Of a stretch of DNA of 64,000 nt, positions 1-10,061 are shown one piece after another (within the stretch, counting starts at the first letter, position 1; every line of letters begins with the position of its first letter). Position numbers and translations under genes: made by a program. This DNA is from an uncultured Poribacteria bacterium (GTDB taxonomy: Bacteria > Poribacteria > WGA-4E > WGA-3G): assembly GCA_951813565.1 (NCBI GenBank), contig OX638351.1, positions 480,001-544,000 of the forward strand, given 5' to 3'. The notes beneath the pieces are model-generated. The model searched no databases. It worked only from the letters and a program-made list of their open reading frames with translations, and was not told the origin of the DNA.

Positions 1-761
1 TCCTGACGCAGATTGGAACCAAGGGACTTGATCAACTCTTCACGGCAGTAGGTAGTTTAGATACTCCTGTCCCTGTTAAGATCAAACTAATTCGAATTAT
101 AGGGAATATAGGAGACACGTCCGCTCAGGAAAAGTTAGAATCGCTTAAAAATACAGTCTCGGATGCTGGTGTGAAGATGGAGATTAATGTTGCACTCTAT
201 CAACTCGGTAACAAAGCATACCAAAAAGACATTGAGGTAGGTCTGAGTGATAATAATGTTATGGTTCGCCGTACCGCTGCTCGGGCAGCGGAAATGCTCA
301 ATCAACCGTCCCAATCCAAAGTTGCAGATGCCCTTAAGGACCCCGACGATATAGTGCGGAGGAACGCCGCAAAAGCGTTACAAAAACATGTTTATGCGGA
401 AGCTGTAGATATTTTATTTGAGATGCTCACCAACAATTCAAGTAGCAGCACAAAACAAGTTGCTTCGAATACCTTAAATCAATACGCTGAAAATGGCATA
501 GCGGATGGATTAGCAACCCGTCTAATTGTCTTATTGACCAAAACTGAGATTGCTTACCATGAAGATAGACTTCTTATCGTCCAACTTCTTAGTAAACCCG
601 TACTGATAAAGCAAATTCAAGCAGCAGATCCCTACGATAATTTGGAACCTAAACTCTTTGAGTACTATAACACTAAGGAAACCAACAAGATGGTGAAAGA
701 CGAGCTTAACATGCTACTCCTTGAACTTGAAGAGCTTGAAAAACAGGAATCTGGAGAATAA
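1..761 (+). CDS. HEAT-repeat protein, 5'-truncated by window edge
   Basis: Frame open from base 3 (LTQIGTKGLDQLF...) into the 171..761 ORF; PBS/HEAT-like units such as LSDNNVMVRRTAARAA and LKDPDDIVRRNAAKAL. Confidence 0.75.
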   Translation, partial: LTQIGTKGLDQLFTAVGSLDTPVPVKIKLIRIIGNIGDTSAQEKLESLKNTVSDAGVKMEINVALYQLGNKAYQKDIEVGLSDNNVMVRRTAARAAEMLNQPSQSKVADALKDPDDIVRRNAAKALQKHVYAEAVDILFEMLTNNSSSSTKQVASNTLNQYAENGIADGLATRLIVLLTKTEIAYHEDRLLIVQLLSKPVLIKQIQAADPYDNLEPKLFEYYNTKETNKMVKDELNMLLLELEELEKQESGE

Positions 762-879
762 GCGGAACACTTGCTACCAAGATAAAACATCGCAGACAAT
801 CATACCACTTTTATAAGAATGACAGTGAACGGACGCACACCTCCGGTAGTTGTTTTGATTGCCAATAAGGAAAAATTCC

Positions 880-2043
880 ATGCCAAACTATCCATCACAC
901 ATCAAAATTACCAAAATTGAGCAAGTTACAGTTGAGATTGACCAGCCTGCCATCGGATGTAACTCTGGCGCGAAGGAGATAAAACAGCCAGACCCAAATG
1001 GAAAGTGGCGTGAAGGGATAACACGCATTCATACCAACGATGGCACACTCGGATGGGGACCTACCAGTTGGGGAACATCTGCTGAAGAAGCAAAATCTGC
1101 TCTAAACAAGAACCCCTTTGAACTGTTGAATCCTGAAAATGGAGTCGTTGAAGAATACCGCGGATTTGAGAACGCCTTGTGGGATACTATCGGGAAAATC
1201 CTCGGTAAACCCGCGTATGAACTTATGGGAACTGACGCTTACGGAAATGGTCTACCTGCTTATGATAGCACGATCTATTTCAACGACCTACTCTACGAAA
1301 CGAAAGCCGAAGGTCTTAAGCGGATTGAAGACGATGTTAAAAAGAGTTTAGCCGATGGATTTACAGCATGCAAGATGAAAATGGGACGTGGAAACCACCT
1401 TATGGAACGCAAAACCGGGCTACAGCGTGATATAGAACTTGTCCAACTTGCCCGAAGTACTGCTGGAGAAGGTTTTAATATCCTTGTTGATGCAAACAAC
1501 GCGTATACCTACGATGAAGTTATCACCTTCCTGAACGAGACAAGCAATTGTGATGTTTTTTGGATAGAAGAGATGTTTGAAGAGGATGTTGAGTTGTATC
1601 GCAATCTAAAATCATTTATCCAAGAAAAAGGATTGAATACGTTAATTGCCGATGGTGAAACCCGCACCCGTGCACCGCTTGAATTCTACGATCCCTTCTT
1701 TGAAGCGGGCGTAATTGATGTTATCCAACATGATATGAAGGGACTTGGTGTTACAGGTTGGCGGCGACTCTCCGATATGGCTGCTGCGCACGACGTCAAA
1801 TGTGCACCGCATAACTGGGGTTCTCTACTCGGTTTCTTTCTCAGCCTCCAATTCGCAAAGACGATCCCACATTTTCTCTACGGCGAAGTCGCAACCCTCA
1901 CCAGCGATGTAATTGATACCTCTGGGTATGGATTCACTGATGGAACGTTCATGGTGCCCGACACGCCGGGACTCGGTTTGGCACTCAATCAAGACGTTTA
2001 CGATGCGCGCTACGCTGGTAATGAGCATTGGCAAGTCTCATAG
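880..2043 (+). CDS. Mandelate racemase/muconate lactonizing enzyme (enolase superfamily)
   Basis: KMKMG, LVDANNAY, WIEE, ADGE and APHNW motifs; ATG 880 preceded by TAAGGA. Confidence 0.85.
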   Translation: MPNYPSHIKITKIEQVTVEIDQPAIGCNSGAKEIKQPDPNGKWREGITRIHTNDGTLGWGPTSWGTSAEEAKSALNKNPFELLNPENGVVEEYRGFENALWDTIGKILGKPAYELMGTDAYGNGLPAYDSTIYFNDLLYETKAEGLKRIEDDVKKSLADGFTACKMKMGRGNHLMERKTGLQRDIELVQLARSTAGEGFNILVDANNAYTYDEVITFLNETSNCDVFWIEEMFEEDVELYRNLKSFIQEKGLNTLIADGETRTRAPLEFYDPFFEAGVIDVIQHDMKGLGVTGWRRLSDMAAAHDVKCAPHNWGSLLGFFLSLQFAKTIPHFLYGEVATLTSDVIDTSGYGFTDGTFMVPDTPGLGLALNQDVYDARYAGNEHWQVS

Positions 2044-2084
2044 TAGTAGGTACACACCGTGTGCCATAACTCCCAGGTAATCCC

Positions 2085-3200
2085 ATGAAGAAAGTTCTCG
2101 TCGCAATGAGCGGTGGCGTGGATAGTTCCGTTACCGCTGCCATGATGGTTGACGCAGGTTATGATGTCACAGGAATCACGATGCGTCTCGGTGCACCCGA
2201 TACAATTGAGGTGGAACCAGAACGCCCCAATTGCTGTTCCCTTGAAGGAATTGAGGACGCGCGACGCGTTGCTACCCAACTCGGTATCCCTTTTTACGGT
2301 GTGAATTACGAGGATATTTTCAGAGAACAGATCATTGATTACTTCGTTGCAGAATATCTCATTGGTAAAACGCCGAGTCCGTGCATGGTCTGTAACCGAG
2401 AACTCAAATTCGGCAAGCTCCTTGACCTCGCGAAAACATTAGAATGTGAGGCAATTGCGACCGGGCATTATGCACGAATTGAACAACATCCTGAGACAGG
2501 ACGTTATCTTTTACGCAAAGCACTTGATGTCAGCAAGGATCAGTCCTATTTCCTTGCCGCACTTACACAGGAGCAATTGCAATGTGCTTTGATGCCTCTC
2601 GGTGAATACACGAAAACCGAGGTGCGCGATCTTGCGCGTAAGTACCAATTGCGAACTGCCGAAAAGATTGAAAGTCAGGAACTATGTTTTGTTGCTGATA
2701 CAAATTATAGACGTTTCCTTCAAGACAGGATTCCTGAAAAAATTGAAAGCGGTGATATTATTGATAAGGATGGCAAGGTTCTCGGTAAGCATCAAGGCGT
2801 TCCATTCTATACAGTAGGGCAACGGCGTGGTCTTGGTATAGCGGTAGGCAAACCGCTTTATGTTACGCAACTCAACGCATCTGATAACACCGTCGTTGTC
2901 GGAGAACAGGATGATCTACTTGAAGATACCATGTATGTTGAACGAATTAACCTCATATCCATAGATAAGTTGACAGAACCGATTCGTGCACACGTCAAAA
3001 TCCGATCCCGTGACGATGGCGGTCCCTCAACCATCTCTCCTATCAACGACACAGAAGCAATAGTCAAGTTTGACGAACCGAGGCGCGCAATCACGCCAGG
3101 GCAAGCCACCGTCTTTTATGATGGAGAATACGTCATCGGTGGCGGTTGGATTGTAGGTGCTCGCGATACCACTGTGGGAGGGGTTTATAACCCCGAATGA
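2085..3200 (+). CDS. mnmA: tRNA 2-thiouridine(34) synthase MnmA
   Basis: AMSGGVDSSV PP-loop, TPSPCMVCN, ATGHYAR, KDQSYFL, ESQELCF, TPGQ. Confidence 0.97.
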   Translation: MKKVLVAMSGGVDSSVTAAMMVDAGYDVTGITMRLGAPDTIEVEPERPNCCSLEGIEDARRVATQLGIPFYGVNYEDIFREQIIDYFVAEYLIGKTPSPCMVCNRELKFGKLLDLAKTLECEAIATGHYARIEQHPETGRYLLRKALDVSKDQSYFLAALTQEQLQCALMPLGEYTKTEVRDLARKYQLRTAEKIESQELCFVADTNYRRFLQDRIPEKIESGDIIDKDGKVLGKHQGVPFYTVGQRRGLGIAVGKPLYVTQLNASDNTVVVGEQDDLLEDTMYVERINLISIDKLTEPIRAHVKIRSRDDGGPSTISPINDTEAIVKFDEPRRAITPGQATVFYDGEYVIGGGWIVGARDTTVGGVYNPE

Positions 3201-3246
3201 CGATCTTCCCAATGCAAACCACGTTTTTTTACGTTAGCTGCCGAAA

Positions 3247-4182
3247 ATGAAGCCAAAACTCCTCTGCCTGCTCGGTCCCACAGCAGTTGGCAAAACAGAG
3301 ATAGCGATTCAACTCGCGCAACACCTTAAAGCAGAAATTGTCTCCGTTGATTCCCGACAAATCTATCAGCAGATGGACATCGGCACTGCTAAACCTACCC
3401 CCGATGAACAGCAAGCAGCACGACATCACCTCATAGACTGTGTGGACATTGCACAATCTTTCTCCGTTGCTGATTATCAATCCCTTGCAGACACAGCGAT
3501 CACTGAGATACAAAACAGAGGTAAACAGGTTTTGCTTGTAGGTGGTGCGGGTCTCTATTTTCGCGCGATTGTTGACGGTTTGTTTGAGGGACCAGCGGCA
3601 GACTTTTTGCTCCGAAAACGGCTTGAGCAAGAGGCAGCACAACACGGTGTCAAGGCACTCCATGATCGTCTCCGAACATGTGACCCAGAAGCTGCTGACC
3701 GTATTCACCCCAACAATTTAACTCGCGTTATCCGTGCGCTTGAAGTCTATGAACTGACTGGCATTCCCATATCCAAGCACCAGCAGCAGTGGCATCCTGA
3801 AAATCAACGGTATCCGTTCATCGCCTTTGGAATAACGATGCCGCGCGAACTGCTTTACCACCGTATTGGACAGCGCGTAGACGTAATGCTTGCAAATGGA
3901 TTGATAGCAGAGGTTGAATCGTTGTTATCAGCAGGATATTCACGTGATATTTTTGCCCTCCAAAGTTTCGGCTATAAAGAGTTAATAGCATTTCTGGACG
4001 GAAAATGTACGTACGTGGAAGCAATTGAGCAGTTAAAGCAGAATACACGACGATTTGCGAAACGGCAGTTAACATGGTTCCGTAAAGATACGCGGATTGA
4101 ATGGATGGATAGAGAGGCAACACCAGATGTTGTTCGGTATATCTTGAGGAATATCCGAGAAAATATCCACATTCCTTTGTAG
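3247..4182 (+). CDS. miaA: tRNA dimethylallyltransferase MiaA
   Basis: GPTAVGKT P-loop, DSRQIY..MDIGTAKP, GGAGLY, RVIRALEV, FAKRQLTWF. Confidence 0.97.
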   Translation: MKPKLLCLLGPTAVGKTEIAIQLAQHLKAEIVSVDSRQIYQQMDIGTAKPTPDEQQAARHHLIDCVDIAQSFSVADYQSLADTAITEIQNRGKQVLLVGGAGLYFRAIVDGLFEGPAADFLLRKRLEQEAAQHGVKALHDRLRTCDPEAADRIHPNNLTRVIRALEVYELTGIPISKHQQQWHPENQRYPFIAFGITMPRELLYHRIGQRVDVMLANGLIAEVESLLSAGYSRDIFALQSFGYKELIAFLDGKCTYVEAIEQLKQNTRRFAKRQLTWFRKDTRIEWMDREATPDVVRYILRNIRENIHIPL

Positions 4183-4874
4183 GCACGGTTTGAAACTGCC
4201 CAAAACACGTTCCTTGATTTCACCAAGCAAAACTGATAAAATAATTCATTAAAGTGAAATCTAAAATTACTTTACAGTTCTTTATAACCTACATTCCGCA
4301 GTTACGGATCTGGAAAATAAACTTTTTTGACTTCTATACCTAATATGTTGATAATTTGAGACTTTATCACTGTTATGTTCACGATAGTGTGTTGTATATG
4401 ACCGTTTTGTTCTATCAATAGGACATCAATACCCTCAAACATTTGAAAGATGCGTCGGCGTGTTGGGTTCTGCGTTGACTTACCAACTTGGTTGGGTATC
4501 GTTTGTTCTTGTTTGACCAACTCGGTTTGAACCCATCGTTCCGCAAGCGCATAAACAAGCAGCGAAAGTCCCATCACCATCAGCAATGCCATGATGCGTT
4601 GGTTGTTTTTTAGATATAGACTGGCGGCAAAGAATAAAGGGTCTTTCAAAAAGCGAAAACTGCGTTCTACAGAGATGTTCTGTGCTTTATACACATCAAG
4701 TAAAGTGGCATCGTCAAGTAAAGTTGTGTCTAACTCATTCGTGGCGAGCACAAATCTGCCTTTGCTGCGCTTGAGTTTTTCAATCGCTTCCACATTCGCA
4801 ACGACTTTACCCTCAATCCGATAACGGAAGTGTGTCGGTTTATCCGTTTTGTTAGGTCGTCCCGGAGTTGTATA

Positions 4875-6030
4875 ATACCATATTAATATGATTGTTCTTG
4901 CATTTATTTTTTGGATGTGTTATTGTGATCAGATGAAAAATAAAAAACATGGGGTTTCCCCTCACTTTTCAGTAGAAGTTCTGAAACAAAGGTATCTTGA
5001 ATGTGAATGTCCTATTGAACGGACGCACTGGCATATTATTTGGCTTCTTGCTGATACCACACATCCGCGAACACCTCGCGAAGTTGCTGAGATTGTAGGA
5101 TGCACGCCGGACTGGGTTCGGAAGTTGCTCAAACGCTACAACGCTGAAGGCGAAGCAGCTATGCGAGACAAACGCAAAAACAATGGACGCAAGCGTATTT
5201 TGGATGAAACACAGCAAGCAGCCCTTGAAGCTGCACTTTCTTCGCCTCCTGCTGATGGCGGTCTGTGGACAGGTCCGAAGGTGGCTGCGTGGATATCCGA
5301 GACACTCAAGCGTCCTGTCAGTAATGTGTCAGGTTGGAAATATCTCAAGCGTCTCGGTTATACTTTACAAACACCTCGTCCTCAACATCAGTCAGCTGCA
5401 ACACCAGATGAGCAGCAAGCATTAAAAAAAAAAACTTAGGGAGCGGGTAGCTGAGCTTGAAGGTCAGCACCCGGAGAAATCGGTAGAAGTCTGGGCAGAA
5501 GACGAGGCACGCGTGGGATTATTGCCGGCTCATCGGCGTGTCTGGGCGAAGCAAGGTGAAAGACCGACAGCCTCGGTGTGTCCGTCATATAAATGGCTTT
5601 ATGGTTTCGGTTTTGTCCGTCCACAGACGGGTGAGACCTATTGGCTTCTGATGCCGAGTGTGAGTGTTGAAGTGATGAACCTTGCGTTGGCAGAGTTTGC
5701 TCGGGATGTAAACCCGGAAGGCAAGAAACAGATAATCCTCTTATTAGATCGTGCCGGTTTTCACACGGGTAAGGATTTAGATGTCCCACAAGGTATTGAG
5801 TTATTTTTTTTACCGCCGTATACACCGGAACTTCAACCTGCCGAACGGCTGTGGCCTCTGTTGCGAGAGGTGGTTGCCAATAAAGTTTTTAGAACGCTAT
5901 CAGACCTTGAAGAAGTGCTTGTGAAAAGGTGTCAGTGGTTTTCCAAAAACAAAAAGAAGGTACAAGAACATGTCGGTTTTCAGTGGATTTGCAAAATGGA
6001 AAACACAATATGACTCTCGTTAATTTGGTA
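4875..6030 (+). mobile_element. IS630-family insertion sequence
   Basis: Flanked by TA (4873-74, 6031-32); imperfect IRs ataccatattaa / ttaatttggta; removing it plus one TA restores the IS1634 frame. Confidence 0.88.
4933..6013 (+). CDS. IS630 transposase: HTH orfA (4933-5439) and DDE orfB joined across an A11 tract (5424-5434)
   Basis: orfA winged HTH (WTGPKVAAWI, LKRLGYTLQTPRP); orfB WAEDEAR, LDRAGFH, LPPYTPELQPAERLW. Confidence 0.88.
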
Positions 6031-7235
6031 TAATGTGGAACAGAGATGATGGTGGCACAAGGTTGATGATACTTCCACGATTTGGATATATCTGCCACAG
6101 CGGCTTCAGCAGCTGAATAGGTGTCAAACGTTTTATGCTGCAATCGCTTGAAGGATGTCTCGGCAACCCCCTGTGCTTTGGCAATCTTTTTTTCCAAAGT
6201 CGCCACTTCACGATGGGACGCTGCATCGGAATAAACAACTAACCACCTTTGAGGAACACCGCCATAGGTGCTATCAACCGAAAGATAGCGATACCCATCA
6301 AGTAGTGCCGGCTGCATCGCTTCAGTGGAGATAGTTTGATAGAGGGCTTTGACAGCTTTGATCGTCTCAGGCACACGCGTAATAAAACGCACATCACAGA
6401 GCGTCGTAATGTTATGGGCGGTATAGAGCGCACTATCCGCTACAAAATAAGGCGGTTCACTGCCACGCAGTTGCGCCAGATATGCGCGGATCGTGTCTGG
6501 GAAACTTGTTTTATCAGCCTTATTTCCATCAAGTGCTTTGAACTATACCGGGAACTGAGACCGATAAGAACAAATGAGTTGGACAACCACCTGTTTGAGG
6601 TCCGGACGCTGATCCCGACTATATCCGTGGGTGATGTGAATGGCGTGTTCATCGTCCGTTTCGGTATCATAGTCTCCATGCAAACTAAACGTGCTACTAT
6701 CCAGATGGACAAAACGATGGGCTATGTCAAATGTTGATAATGCCTTGGACGCAACTATCGCAAAAAGTTCGGTAACTCCGTTTTCATAAAGAGTATCTAA
6801 AGCACGCCCAAGACTATCGTCCGAAAAATCGGCAGCACAGCGGTGAGACCGGACCAACAAGTCCACGGGTTTATTTGAAAAAAACTCAGGTGTCAAGTAG
6901 AGAGGGCGTGAGACAAAGCCTAAAGCATTCAAGACCATTGCCATCACAGCTTCACCCACTGAGACTTTCCGTTTCGTTAGACCAATAAAGGTATCAATCG
7001 TGTCAATCAAGTCAATACGATCACATACACCAGCAACAATGCCAAGATGATCTAAGCGTAGGGTTGTAAAAGTAGGTTCAGTTATGGTATCATCTCCTAT
7101 TATTCAAGATATAACAGTATAACATAAATACTTAAAATCTGATTTAACAACTGCGGAATGTAGGCTATTTCATTTCAAAAGAGACAATAACTCATAGAAT
7201 TGGTATTACTCCACTTTTCCACCTTACAGATAATG

Positions 7236-7278
7236 AAAAATGCAATGTCCACTTAGTATTGATAGACATCGCATCTTC
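7236..7278 (-). terminator. Probable intrinsic terminator after LamG gene; paralogous copy at about 8665-8706
   Basis: tgcaatgtc...gacatcgca stem with A-run on + (U-run on -); near-identical copy behind the second LamG paralogue. Confidence 0.5.
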
Positions 7279-7393
7279 AATTTACTTCGTATTTATAGTA
7301 GATTTTAGAATGAATTGGACATTGTGATGCGGTTAGGAAACCGCACCTACCGAGCTGGAATCTTTAGTTTAGCATGTCTCTATCAAGAGAGTT

Positions 7394-8245
7394 CTATCTT
7401 GCTGATTTAAGTTTACCCCAGGTGGTAGTCGTTTTACCTGCTGCATCAACTGCAAAAACACCTTCAATTCCATTGCGGAGTGACTTAACTTCATCCTCGG
7501 AAAGTGGCACATTAAAGATGACAATTTCGTCAATGATACCACTCCAATGACACCTTCCGTTAGGTTCATTACATCCCGCATCTGCACCGATGTAAACCGC
7601 TTCAAAAGAATCCCAAGGTTGTCCTACTGCGTCTGCACTGCCCTGTAGTTCACCATTAACGTAGATATGGATTTTCGTTCCATCCCATACACCCACAAGA
7701 TGAACCCACTCATTTTCGGGAAGTGGTTCACCGAGTGCTTCAAATCTCTCCGGCGCGCTCCTCGTCCGAAAATGAAACGAAGCTTGGTCAATTTTCCCAC
7801 CGACATTTTCATGGGCACCGGTTCCAAGTAGATACTGGGACCAACTTGAACAACCTTTTCCTTTCCATATAACACATTTGCCATTGGGTGGTGCTGTTGC
7901 AAATACCCATGCATGGATCGAGAAACCTTTGGAGTCCTTAAAATTCAAGGCTGCCAAAGTAGCTGGTTCACCTTCCTTCCCAATACGAACATAGTTTTGT
8001 GCCACTTCACCGCTAAATTCTATTCCACCGCCGAATTTGGCATCTACCCATTTGATATCACCAACAAATTCACCATCGCTACCTTTTCCAGAAAGATCTT
8101 TAACGGTTTTGCCTTTACCTTCTTCAAAGGTCCACATTCCTTGAATTGTGTTTTTACCGAATCTTGCATCAGACACATTTACATACCACATAGCAGTAAG
8201 TAATGAACTGATAATACAGATCACTTTTATATTTTTGGAAAACAT
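7394..8245 (-). CDS. Secreted LamG/concanavalin-like domain protein
   Basis: Signal peptide; WTFEEGKGKTVKDLSG, WVHLVGVWDG, IDEIVIFN; C-terminal AVDAAGKTTTTWGKLK. Confidence 0.88.
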   Translation of the reverse strand: MFSKNIKVICIISSLLTAMWYVNVSDARFGKNTIQGMWTFEEGKGKTVKDLSGKGSDGEFVGDIKWVDAKFGGGIEFSGEVAQNYVRIGKEGEPATLAALNFKDSKGFSIHAWVFATAPPNGKCVIWKGKGCSSWSQYLLGTGAHENVGGKIDQASFHFRTRSAPERFEALGEPLPENEWVHLVGVWDGTKIHIYVNGELQGSADAVGQPWDSFEAVYIGADAGCNEPNGRCHWSGIIDEIVIFNVPLSEDEVKSLRNGIEGVFAVDAAGKTTTTWGKLKSAR

Positions 8246-8400
8246 TTTATTCCTCCTTTATTCTGAAACCCATCAAGATTTACATATCCATCAGTAAGAC
8301 ACCCTATTAAAATTAGGTTCGGGTAACCAGATGGATACGGGCAAAATTGCCTATTAAGGAGATCGCGACTATAAGGACACCAGCCATTTTTAGTAACATA

Positions 8401-8559
8401 ACGTGAGTTTGATAAATAGTTAGGATTTCTACATTTCCTCTTAAAGTCCTCTGATAAGGGGGATTTAGGGGTTAAAAACACCAAAATAACGATTTTTTCA
8501 GCAAATATGCCCGTTCTCTGTTCAATTTTTGCCTGTCCAGTTAATTATCAAACTCACGT
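8401..8559. mobile_element. IS982-derived MITE (159 bp)
   Basis: IRs acgtgagtttgataa / ttatcaaactcacgt identical to the IS982 at 31575; 7-bp direct repeat taacata (8394-8400, 8560-8566). Confidence 0.9.
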
Positions 8560-8730
8560 TAACATAATCACATTTATAAAATTTGTCAAGAATTTGTTTT
8601 AAGATAGTTTTCTTTACAGCAAGTATGACATCACTACATCTCAGTAGTAATATGGAAGATAAATAAAAATGCGATGTCCACTTTTCGTTCATAGACATCG
8701 CACTTCATAGTATAAGATAGCAAGTTATTT

Positions 8731-8863
8731 TATAGTAGATTTTAGAATTACTTGCACACTTTTGAACTGTAGGAGGGAACTCCGATTCCCGACATTCGCA
8801 AAGGTCTCGATTCGGAGATCGCTCCTACAAAAGACGTGTAAACTTATTTTATATTCTACTATA
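8731..8863. repeat. MITE-like inverted-repeat element enclosing a GTAG-type REP doublet
   Basis: Ends tatagtag / ctactata; internal gtaggagggaactccgattcccga ... tcggagatcgctcctac, also found at 53776-53833; related ends at about 7294 and 59844. Confidence 0.7.
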
Positions 8864-8873
8864 AAATATAATC

Positions 8874-9736
8874 CTATTTAGCAGATTTAAATTTACCCCA
8901 GGTGGTAGTGGTTTTACCTGCTGTATCAACAGAAGTTAAAACTCCTTCAATACCATCAGCGAGTGACTTAACTTCACCCTCGGAAAGTGGCACATTAAAG
9001 ATGACAATTTCGTCGATGATACCACTCCAATGACACCTGCCCTTGCCAGCATTACAACCTGCATCTGCACCGATGTAAACCGCTTCAGGAGAGTCCCAAG
9101 GTTGTCCTACTGCGTCTGTGCTGTTCTGTAATTCACCATTAACGTAGACATGGATTTTTGTTCCATCCCAAACACCAACAAGGTGAACCCACTCATTTTC
9201 GGGAAGTGGGTCTCCAAGTGCTTCAAATTTATCAGGGGAACTCCTTGTCCGAAAATGAAACGAAGCTTGGTTAACTCTCCCACCGGGATTTTCATGTGCC
9301 CCGGTTCCGAGTAGATACTGTGACCAGCTTGAACATCCAAGCCCTTTCCATATAACACATTTTCCATTGGGTGGTGCCGTTGCAAATACCCATGCATGGA
9401 TCGAGAAACCTTGGCGTCCTTAAAATTTAAGGCTGCCAAACTATCGGAATCGCCTTTCGTACCGATACGAACATAGTTTTGTGCCTCAACACCGCTGAGT
9501 TCTATTCCGCCACCGAATTTGGCTTTTGCCCATTTGACATCACCAACAAATTCGCCGTCGCTACCGTTTTCGGAAAGATCTGTAACGGTTTTACCTTCAC
9601 CTTCTTCAAAGGTCCACATTCCTTGAATTGTGTTTTCATCAAATTTCGCTTCGCCTGTCTCTATCATCGCGAAACTGAGCACGATAATAGCAAGTGTAGT
9701 CAGCATGTAATTCAGATACCGTTTTGTCAAAAACAT
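8874..9736 (-). pseudogene. LamG protein, tandem paralogue of 7394..8245, with a 1-bp frameshift
   Basis: Colinear with the neighbour; agaaacc-tt-ggc at about 9411 versus agaaacc-ttt-gga in the intact copy; the shifted frame ends SVDTAGKTTTTWGKFKSAK*. Confidence 0.85.
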
Positions 9737-9745
9737 GTTTCCTCC

Positions 9746-9993
9746 GGGTGTGTAAAGTTTTTGTAGAAATCCGCACAACTCCTATTGTAGGGGCGGGTCC
9801 CCGTGCCTGCCCGTTGCATAGCACGTCCTGCGCAGTGGCGGGGCACCAAATCAAGAAATCAACGGTATGAATAACATTTAGTTATTCACCGGGTATGAAT
9901 GCCTTTTGGCATTCACCGGGACCCCGCCCTACAGTGGGAAACGCCGCGTAATCATTGCAAATTGAACCTATGTAACCAAATATTTACACACCC
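9746..9993. mobile_element. MITE with gggtgtgtaaa/tttacacaccc ends (IS256-like termini), carrying a REP doublet
   Basis: Near-identical copy at 47325-47687; lies directly against the RBS of the 8874..9736 gene; no target duplication at this copy. Confidence 0.8.
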
Positions 9994-10061
9994 AATACCT
10001 TAAGGCATTCATACCGTTGATGCCCTCCTACAAGAGAGGACACACTACTTCGAATGGTTGC

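Larger units (their letters stand above)
4302..7085 (-). pseudogene. IS1634 transposase pseudogene
   Basis: Expected start reads ATA (7085-7083) after AGGAG; in-frame TAG at 6545-6543 (PV*FKALDGN, probably TGG originally); split by IS630 within VPHY/TTPGRP. Confidence 0.88.
4288..7164 (-). mobile_element. IS1634-family insertion sequence, inactivated and interrupted by IS630
   Basis: Perfect 16-bp terminal IRs cctacattccgcagtt (4288-4303) and aactgcggaatgtagg (7149-7164); transposase motifs LDHLGIVAG, HLDSSTFS, GYSRDQRPDLKQ, VADSALY, YKAQNISVERSFRFLKDP; no target duplication seen. Confidence 0.9.

Noticed and set aside
6543..6545. Programmed read-through of TAG in the IS1634 transposase
   Set aside because: The element also has an apparently mutated start and an IS630 insertion, so decay is more parsimonious.
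8246..8393. Riboswitch in the LamG upstream region
   Set aside because: Some pairing potential, but no recognisable aptamer consensus.
7394..9736. LamG paralogue pair as DGR template/variable repeats
   Set aside because: Differences are not adenine-specific, similarity spans the whole gene and terminator, and no reverse transcriptase is present.
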